A stretch of 64,000 nucleotides of DNA, taken from positions 12,152,001 to 12,216,000 of the forward strand of contig OX597827.1 of the NCBI GenBank assembly GCA_951406725.2, given 5' to 3'. Made by a program: the position numbers and the translations under genes. The DNA is from Octopus vulgaris. Its lineage: Eukaryota. The notes below the pieces were generated by a model. The model was not told the origin of the DNA. It saw only the letters and a list, made by a program, of their open reading frames with translations, and did no database searches. Positions 54,890 through 64,000 of the stretch are shown in pieces. Position 1 is the stretch's first letter; the number at the start of each line of letters is the position of its first letter.

Positions 54890-55577
54890 TTTATTTTTTT
54901 AATCAATTTTATTTCTATGTATTGGCTTATGATTTTCACTGTTTGATTTGCCTAATAGTGGTTTTATCTCTAATTAAAAATAATATATATACATATATAT
55001 ATGCAATCATTCAAATGAAATCTCCTTCTCTAAATCCAAGCTCAACACACTTAAAATGAAAGCCACAACTCTATCAATATGGGCAGGGAACATATTTGAT
55101 TCTCTTTGTTTCAATGAAAATTCCCTGATATTAAACGCATTTGTTGACTATTAAAAGCCGCCCCCAAAAGCACAAAAACAACACAAAACAGCACAAGACC
55201 CCCAAAAATATATTGATCTGGGGACTTCATGTTTTTTAGCTTTTTTTTTTTTCTTTTGTTCATGAAGATCATACGAGCCCTGTGTTATTTCAAAACTTTA
55301 GATGGATGTTACTGATAGTGAGCATTTGCCGCACTGTAGTAAAGTTTTAATAGCAACAAATTGACAACGGTTATCAGTTCTGCCTCTGGTGCCACAATAA
55401 ATATCTGATTTACTTTTTCCAAAATAACAACGGAGACTGAATCTTTTATTTATTAGTTTGTATTTTGTCTGTAATTTCTTTTTGCATCTCGTTTTGTTTC
55501 CTGGTTTTTTTTTTTTCGTCAATGACGAGTTTGCTTTGAATGACGGTACATATGTATATAAGTATGTGTGTATGCAT

Positions 55578-55802
55578 TACTCTTTTATTACTCTTTTTTA
55601 CTCTTTTACTTGTTTCAGTCATTTGACTGCGGCCATGCTGGAGCACCGCCTTTAATCGAGCAACTCGACCCCGGAACTTATTCTTTTGTAAGCCCAGTAC
55701 TCATTCTATCGGTCTCTTTTGCCGAACCGCTAAGTGATGGGGACATAAACACACCAGCATCGGTTGTCAAGCAATGCTAGGGGGACAAACACAGACACAC
55801 AA

Positions 55803-55837
<35 letters not shown>

Positions 55838-56011
55838 AACATATATACGATGGGCTTCTTTCAGTTTCCATCTACCAAATCCACTCACAAGGTTTTGGTC
55901 GGCCCGAGGCTATAGTAGAAGACATTTTGACCAAGGTGCCACGCAGTGAGACTGAACCCGGAACCATGTGGTTGGTAAACAAGCTACTTACCACACAGCC
56001 ACTCCTGCGCC
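55578..56011 (-). mobile_element. Full-length SINE family A
   Basis: Reverse complement of the consensus. Confidence 0.9.
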
Positions 56012-57892
56012 TATGTATGTGTTAGAGTGCATGGTAATGCATGCGTGTGTGTGCACGTGCACACATGCTCCCTCCTATGCACCTGTGCTTGTGTGTGGAT
56101 GCACATGAACAAGTGTGTGCATGTTTCAGTTTGTATAAATATGTGTGTGTATGTGTGTGTGTGCGTGTGCATGCGTGCATGTGTGTTTGTGTATGTATGT
56201 TTACGTGTGCATGCTTGATCATTTATCCTGGTAGATGTATGGTTCAACAATCACATTTACATGAGAGAAAGTGAGAGGGAGAGACAGGCTAACAGACAAA
56301 CAAACTGTATATCCCACTCGCAACTTATGTATAATTATAGGGAATTATAAAATCATGAAAGTCAGCAATGACAATGTGTATATTCAGCTTTCATCCAACT
56401 TTGTGTTCTGAGTTCAAATTCCACCATGGTTGACTGTGCCTTTCATCCTTCTGGAGTTTTAAATATAAGTACTAGTAAAGTACTGGCGTTGATATAATCA
56501 ACTAGCCCCTTCCCAAAATTGCAGGGCTTGTGCTAAAATTTGAAACCAAAATGTATATTTCAGCATATATATTTCAGTATATAATTTTCTTTGTTAAATA
56601 AAAATAAAAAATTGGCATTGGTGAGAATTGAACTCAAAATCGTGAGTGCTAAGGTACTGTCAACCATTTAGTCTGGTTCTCTGCTGTTGTCTCAAACTTC
56701 ATAATTTTTCTTTTTCTTTTTTTACATTTATCTATTCTTTTCTTTCTTTCAGAAGAAAACAAAACAGTTTTAAAATGAACCCAGATTATTCCTTATTGCT
56801 ACCCCTTACACCAGTTCCCTACTCCACAATAGGGCCTTCTTTACAAGATTTAAAGGCTCCTAGGTAACACAATATGCACAGGGGCCCTGACATACACAAC
56901 AAACAGTTGCAACATATATTCATAAGCATTGAGCCCCTAGATCAAATAGGGTTCTGGAGTAACTGCCTGGTATCCCTATCGATGCCTTAAGATGGCATAG
57001 CCCCCACCCAGACTAAATACCATGTAAATTTCAATAGCTACATATGATTTGAACTCACAACAGTGCTGTAACTAAATCTGATACAACAACACCGCTTCCA
57101 GCCATGAAATATATTTGAGAGTCCCAGCTTTTGAAAGAAAATAGAAATAATGTTTATTTTCCTTCTTTATCATGCAGTTTTACGGATATTTTTTTAGAAT
57201 GTGAATTAAAGCTATCGAGTATGAGTGTGTGTGAGTGTGTGTTTGTGAAGTGGGGGGGTGTATTTTTACCTGTTTCAGTCAGTGGACTGCAGCTATATAG
57301 CAGGGCAGCACTTTGAAAGGTTTAGTCTTAGTCAAACAAATCAACCCCAGTACATATTTTAAAGTCTGGTTCTTATCCTATCAATTACCTTTAATCAGAC
57401 CACTAAATTATGGGGGATGTAAACAAAGCAACGTCGGTTGCCAAGCTGTGGTCAGTTCAGTTACAAACACAGGCACACACATGTACATACACACACACAC
57501 ACACACACGCACATTTATGTGTGTGATGAGCTTCTTCCCTGTCAGTGAGGTGAGAGAAACTACACATGAAAAAGTAAGGAAATAAGGCTGCATTGAAAAT
57601 TATAAACAAGAAAGAAAAAAAAACAAACAAAATCGAACCAAATCAAAGAGATACGTTGGAAGATTCAAAAGTATTTAAAGAACCAGCTAAATATTTCTCT
57701 GTTCTATATTTGTTACTAATAGGCGATGGGATCACCAGAAAACAGATGTACACATGGGAATTGTTGCAATTAGTTAAAATAATTCTTCAGAAGTATATTA
57801 CCTGTTTCTCTAACAGTTAGTTGGTATTAATGTGGAAGGTAACAGTGAGGTAGAAGAATAGGTAAAACAAGAATGACTCGTATGGTACTTAC

Positions 57893-58110
57893 CTGAGTGT
57901 TTTTTTTTCTTTTTTGTTTTTAAATTGTTGTTATAATCCAGTGGGGTTTCGTGAGAAAGTAAGGTAACTTAGGGAATAAACCTGACTGACTGAAGCTCTG
58001 TGTGTGCTAGTGATGGAAATACATCTGATGTGAATGTTGTTGCTGTTCTTGTTGTCGTGTATGTGTGAATCTGTGTGTGTGTGTGTGTGCGGGCGTGTGT
58101 GTGCACGTGT
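57893..58110 (-). other. Candidate non-coding 5' exon of the protocadherin (3' boundary precise, 5' boundary unknown)
   Basis: Perfect minus-strand donor CAG|GTAAGTA (intron 57892 downward) in unique, transposon-free sequence. The coding exon starts with a splice acceptor, so an upstream exon is required. The link between the two is inference. Confidence 0.5.
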
Positions 58111-58409
58111 GTGTATAAAAGAGAGAGAGAGAGAGAAAAGTTAAGACAGTCTGTATGGGAGAAAGAAAGACTAAGAGAGAAACGTAAAAAGCAGGTGTAT
58201 GAGAGAGAGGAAGAGAGAAAAATAGAAAATTTAAAAGTGTATGTAAGAGAGAGAGAGAGAGAGAGAGAGAAAGAAAGGGTAAGAGAGTAATTATGAGAGG
58301 AAAAGATAGGTAAAGTAAAAGAGCATGAAATGAGAATGAGACAAAAGGTAAGAGCAATTAAGAGATACAAAGGACAAGATAGATAAAGTAAAAGATTATA
58401 AATGAGAAA

Positions 58410-58446
<37 letters not shown>

Positions 58447-59620
58447 GGAAAGGTAGGAGAGTAATTAAGTGAGAGAGAGGAAGAGATAAACAAAGTAAAG
58501 AGTGTTGTTGTTGTTGTGAGCGGGGAAAAACTGTGAAAGAGAAAAAAGAGAAAAGAACAACTTTTCAGAGCTTACTGGAAGAAGTTGAAGTAGGTGTGAA
58601 CTTTCACCTCTTCCTCTTGAGAGTGTTTCACACAGTCGCTCTGTTTGCTTGTTGTCTTACTTGTGATCCCTGACAAGACCCACTGACTGGCTAATGTGCT
58701 TAACACTGGGAATGGATCAGGAAAAAGCCTTCGCCTCCGCCTCAGCCACCACCACCAGCACCACCACCGCCGCCGCCTCCGCCACCAGCACTGCCACCAC
58801 CGCCGCCTCCACTGCCAACAACAACAACTACTATTACAACGACATCGCCAACGCTAGCGCTAGCATCGACAACAACAACAACAATACTACCACCACCACC
58901 ACCAACACACTTTTCACCATGAGCAACACCACCACCAACGCCACTGCTGCTCACTTTCCTGTTTGGCTACCAACTCTTCCTCCTCCTCCTGCCTCTCTTG
59001 CCCACTAGCTCTGCACTGCTTTCTCTCACTCGCTCACTCGCTCGCTCACTCACTCACCTCTCCCTCTTTCCTCTTTTTCTCTTGCTTTCTCTCTCTCCCT
59101 ACTTTTGCTTTCTTAGTGACATTCTCTGTCACCTATTCTCTTCCGCACTCACTCCTTTTCACGCTTTCTCTGTCTCTGTTACTCATTCACTCTCTATCTC
59201 TTATTCTCTATCTCTCCCTCCCTCCCTCACTTGCCCCTTACCTTCTCTGTATCTCTTTATCTCTCTTTTTCTCTCTCCCACTCTGTGTGAGTCCCACTTT
59301 TTCTTTCTCTCTCTCTCCCTTCTGCACCTTTACTTTCGCTTTCGTTTTCTGTGTTTACTTTCACTTTATTCACTCTTCTTTTGCTCTCCTCTTTTCTACT
59401 TTCACTTTCTCTTTCTGTGTTAAATTTCAATTTCTCTCTATTTCCCTCTTTTTCTTTTCGTCTTTCACATTTTCCATTCCATTTACACCTTCTCTCTCTT
59501 TCTCTCTTTCTCTCTTTCTCTCTCTCACTCACTTCGATTCTTAGTTTTATTTTCACTCTCTCTCTCTCTCTAACTCTAGATATCTTTATATCTCTCTTTT
59601 CCCTCTTCTTCTCTTGACAG
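58110..59620. promoter_or_regulatory. Candidate promoter/5' region: GA-rich tract, unique core with GCC/ACC repeats, CT-rich tract
   Basis: About 1.5 kb free of SINEs and (TA)n. Purine-rich 58120-58560, unique and CpG-containing 58560-59000, pyrimidine-rich 59000-59620. Directly upstream of the candidate exon. Confidence 0.4.
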
Positions 59621-59945
59621 AGAAATCCTACAGAAGCCAGTTCAATACAGTAGTGAACCACATACAATAATACCCTCTCACAGTTCACACACATGTGCAC
59701 TGTTAATGTAACCTTATCTGTGAGGTGATTTACACAAATATCAAGCTATATACTTCATATAAAAACCATCTATAAAACAATCTTCCTCTCTCTATAGAAA
59801 AGTACACATCCCTTTATTTTCTTACACGTGTATGAACATATTGATGTCTGCACATACATTCATTCATTCATACATGTATACATAAATACTCAGACACATA
59901 TATGCATGTGTATATATGCATGTGCATGTATATATATGTGTATAT

Positions 59946-60063
<118 letters not shown>

Positions 60064-60369
60064 GGATTACACGTAGTTTGCATGAGGATGCATATGTAAG
60101 ATTGTGTGTGCATGTGTGTGCATTCATGCATGACTTCTTCATCCCTGTAGATGTATGGTTGAACAATTGCAACAAGAAGAGAGAGAGTATATCCCCCTCA
60201 CAAACTTATATGTCTGTAATTGCATGTTTTGCCTCCGTGTGTGTGTGTGTGTGTGTGTAAGTGTGAGTGGTAAGTAGTACAAAAAACAAACTACATGTAT
60301 TTTCTTACAAGTATATATGTGACAACAGTCTTTCTAAAGACTATACTTAACATTCTTACAAACATATAA

Positions 60370-60403
<34 letters not shown>

Positions 60404-60559
60404 TTATACATATGCACACACACACACACACACAAACACTCGTATATACACAGAAATAAATCAGGTTATTGAAAGAACTATTCTCTTAGTTTTAAGTCTT
60501 ACGGAAAACACATTTACTTCACACATGCATACATACATACACATATATATGTATGTACG

Positions 60560-60677
<118 letters not shown>

Positions 60678-60790
60678 CATGTATGAGTGAGTGTGTGTAT
60701 ACATTTACATATATATGATGTATATATGTATGTGTATATCTATCTATCTATCTTTCAATTTACCAATCTATTTATCTATCTAGCTAGCTC

Positions 60791-60821
<31 letters not shown>

Positions 60822-60876
60822 TTATACATAAATATATACATACACAGATAGATAGACAGATACATGCATATATGTG

Positions 60877-60919
<43 letters not shown>

Positions 60920-61259
60920 ATATATATATATATATATTCACATGCATAAATGTGTTTTTCTCAGCGATAAGTTGGTACACAGATGTGCATATCATAGTAA
61001 ATATTTTTACATTACATAAATTTAGGTATATCTTCAAATTTGATGAATGTTTTACAGCTCCTCTGTGGATATATAAAAAAAAGCCATGTTTTTTCACAAT
61101 ATTTGCCTATAACCTAGTCACAGACATAAAATATTCAATGATTATATACACATCAATATATCCAGGCAGTATGTATATGCATTCCTATATGTATATTTTT
61201 ATTTTTCCTTTTTGCTGATGTACGTGTGCATGAGTATAAACTTTTATATTAATGCTCAG

Positions 61260-61850
61260 AGGGATCCCATGTTAGCAGTGGAAGAAAGTGTTTGGAACGC
61301 ATAATATGCTTTCTAAGAATGGGTGGAAAAGTTCAGAAAGCTCTTACCTCTGCTGGCAACAAAGGGATTTTCTCTCTGAGTAAAGAGCATGTTGTATGAT
61401 GCATGTATGCGAAGTGTGATAATGCAAGGTGGTGAAACATGGATATTGAATATAGGAGGGGGTGTATGAAGGCTGGAAAGATATAAAGGAGAATGTTGTG
61501 CTGGATGTATAATATCCATTTGAATGAATGACGGAGCATAAATGGGTTAAGAGAAAAACTAAATGTATGAGGACTGAGATACAGTATGCGAGAGAAGAGA
61601 TTGCACTGGAATGGACTTGAAATGTGTATGGAAATGGAAATTGGGTAAAGAAATGCCAAGCAATCTCAATGGAAGGATCCTGTAAATGTGTTAGAGTAAG
61701 AAAAATATGGGCAGAAATGGTAAAGGATGTTCACAGGAGACTAGAAATTGTAAAGTATATTATACAAGACTAAATAAGTGACAATACTGCACAGTCCAAA
61801 ACTGTGTAAATATGTGAAACAATGATTGTGCAATGATAAGAGTGATGGTG
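61260..61850 (+). mobile_element. Decayed RTE-clade LINE 3' fragment
   Basis: Broken frame ...KFRKLLPLLATKGFSL*VKSMLYDACMRSVIMQGGETW resembles the RTE ORF2 post-RT region (K.rlY.acvRs.mlYGsEtW). Confidence 0.7.
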
Positions 61851-62032
61851 ATATATATATTAGAGGGTGTCAGACAGCCAAGGAGACGGAGAGATAATGT
61901 CTGAAAGGCAGGAAAAGTGGTGAATGTCATATTTTCTTAGTTCACATACACTTACATAGAGACATGCACACATAGATACTACTTTTGTATATGGTAGCAA
62001 TTTTATGCAATATATATATATATATATATATA

Positions 62033-62549
62033 CTAGCAGTATTGCCCGGCGTTGCTCGGATTTGTAAGGGAAATAACTATATAAGCATTTTTAGAGAGTT
62101 AATTCCTTTATAGATGCCAATTCGGGCTTTTTTAGCGATTTCTGTTTTGGCGACTTCAAGCCATGAAGTCGTTGTTCTAAAAGAACGCTGGTCTCCTTGA
62201 CAACGCATTACGACGTTGATTTCCTTGAACTCCCTTCCCCACAGCTTCACGAGGGAGGGAAGAAGGGGGAGAAGCAAACACAGGTGCAGGTGTTTGAGCG
62301 TGGATGCCAACTCCGCCGCCATCGACACACGAAAAATTATGCATTAAAATGGAATAAAAAATGATGTTAAATTATTTTTAAAATCGTAGACTCATCGTAG
62401 ACGCGCGCTAATAGCCAGACGGGCTCGATATTAATCACGACTATAAGATACCCAAATTTGGTTAAACTGCACCGCAAAATGTGGGAGTAGTTAGGAATCT
62501 AAATCATAGGAGACAGACACTCACACAACTACAGTTTTATATATATAGA
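62033..62549 (-). mobile_element. Complete non-autonomous Helitron (517 bp)
   Basis: Minus strand A|TCTATATATATAAA ... CCGAGCAACGCCGGG hairpin ... CTAG|T: 5' TC, 3' CTAG, A/T insertion site and no TSD. Retains many CpGs. Confidence 0.88.
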
Positions 62550-62585
62550 TATATAAAATAATATGTGACAATTATTCAGTAGCCA

Positions 62586-62648
62586 AGATAAAACTCTGAG
62601 TTTCGGATGCTGAGGTGGAAATCCACACCACCATCTCTTCGGTTATCT
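62586..62648 (-). ncRNA. Hammerhead-like motif with CCGAAGA core
   Basis: AGAUAA-CCGAAGA-GAUG...GUGG AUUU CCAC...CAUC-C-GAAA-CUCAGAG-UU-UUAUCU. 6-bp stem I; stem III sequence identical to the 43002 motif. Confidence 0.62.
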
Positions 62649-62744
62649 GGCCATCTATTTACATAATATTGAGGTCTCTTTCTTTCTTTTGTTATCTTAC
62701 CGTTTTTACCAATATATATATACATATATATATACTCTCTCTCT

Positions 62745-63153
62745 TTTTACTCTTATAGTTTCTTCAGTCATTTGACTGCAGCCATGCTGGAGCACCACCT
62801 TTAGTTGAGCAAATGGAACCCAGGATTTATTCTTTGGAAGCCTAGTACTTATTCTATCGGTCTCTTTTGCCGAACCACTAAATTATGGGAACATAAACAC
62901 ACCACCATCGGATGTTAAGCGATGTTGGCAGACAAACACAGACACTCGAACATATACACATACATATATATATATATATATACATATATACAATGGGCTT
63001 CTTTCAGTTTCCATCTACCAAATCCACTCACAAGGCTTTGGTCGGCCCACGGCTATAGTAGACGACACTTGCTCAAGGTGCCACGCAGTGGGAACGAACC
63101 CAGAACCATGTCGTTAGTAAGCAAGCTACTTACCACACAGCCACTCCTACGCC
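62745..63153 (-). mobile_element. SINE family A
   Basis: Reverse complement of the consensus. Confidence 0.88.
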
Positions 63154-63203
<50 letters not shown>

Positions 63204-63356
63204 CATACACAAACACACATATACACACACTTTGTACTTGTGTGTGTAGATGCATAAGCATATATTTGCCAAAGGACATCGCACTATATCAGCAATCATG
63301 TTATGTAGGTATGAACACTCATCAGAGTTGTCAAAAATAGAAATACATGCACATTT

Positions 63357-63408
<52 letters not shown>

Positions 63409-63547
63409 TCACATACACATTCAACATTGATACACAAATAATTCACAGATACATTGCTTCAAGACTGCATAGATAATCTTATAGATTAATAGATTGATCA
63501 CTAAACTTATACAATATATATGTCTATATATATATATATAAATATAT

Positions 63548-63592
<45 letters not shown>

Positions 63593-63648
63593 TGTATATG
63601 AATATGTATATAATTTGTGTATGTGCACACGGTGTGTGTGTATGTATA

Positions 63649-63752
<104 letters not shown>

Positions 63753-63829
63753 GCATGCATATGAGTATGTATATATGTGGATGTGCACACAGTGTGTGTG
63801 TATGTATGTAAACCTATATGATATATATA

Positions 63830-63877
<48 letters not shown>

Positions 63878-64000
63878 TATAGGTTTGCTTGAGGAAGCAT
63901 GAGAAAGAGAAATAGAACTTAATACAGGTGAATATATACATCATCTTATTTTTAATCAGCAGATAGCAAATAGTTGCAACAGTGGCTCAAGGGCCAAGCG

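Noticed and set aside
58694-59008. 104-aa Ala/Thr/Asn-rich ORF resembling a transcription-factor low-complexity region
   Set aside because: Built from GCC/ACC/AAC repeats with no recognisable domain or splice partner; treated as part of the candidate promoter region.

Overview
This is AT-rich, microsatellite-saturated eukaryotic DNA. The protocadherin type, SINE families and repeat landscape suggest a coleoid cephalopod such as Octopus (inference). Only one host gene is supportable: a minus-strand protocadherin. Its large exon (12652..10217, ATG 12613) encodes a signal peptide, six cadherin repeats, a TM segment and the start of the cytoplasmic tail. It splices in frame to a small exon at 2570..2409 that the ORF track misses. 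A candidate non-coding first exon has a perfect CAG|GTAAGT donor at 57893, implying a ~45 kb first intron. The rest is tRNA-derived SINEs (at least four families), CR1, RTE and Dong/R4 LINE 3' fragments, hAT MITEs, a complete non-autonomous Helitron, and short elements inside (TA)n arrays. The main unexpected result is that these TA-embedded, Penelope-like elements carry type I hammerhead ribozyme folds, found by eye at 1638, 2016, 17315, 42332, 43002 and 62586, plus degenerate ones. Two share a non-canonical CCGANGA core. One lies in sense just after the protocadherin stop codon, with its predicted cut 24 nt downstream of the first AAUAAA. Almost all ORFs in the supplied track are microsatellite or SINE artefacts. 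All calls are manual; no searches or folding were run.
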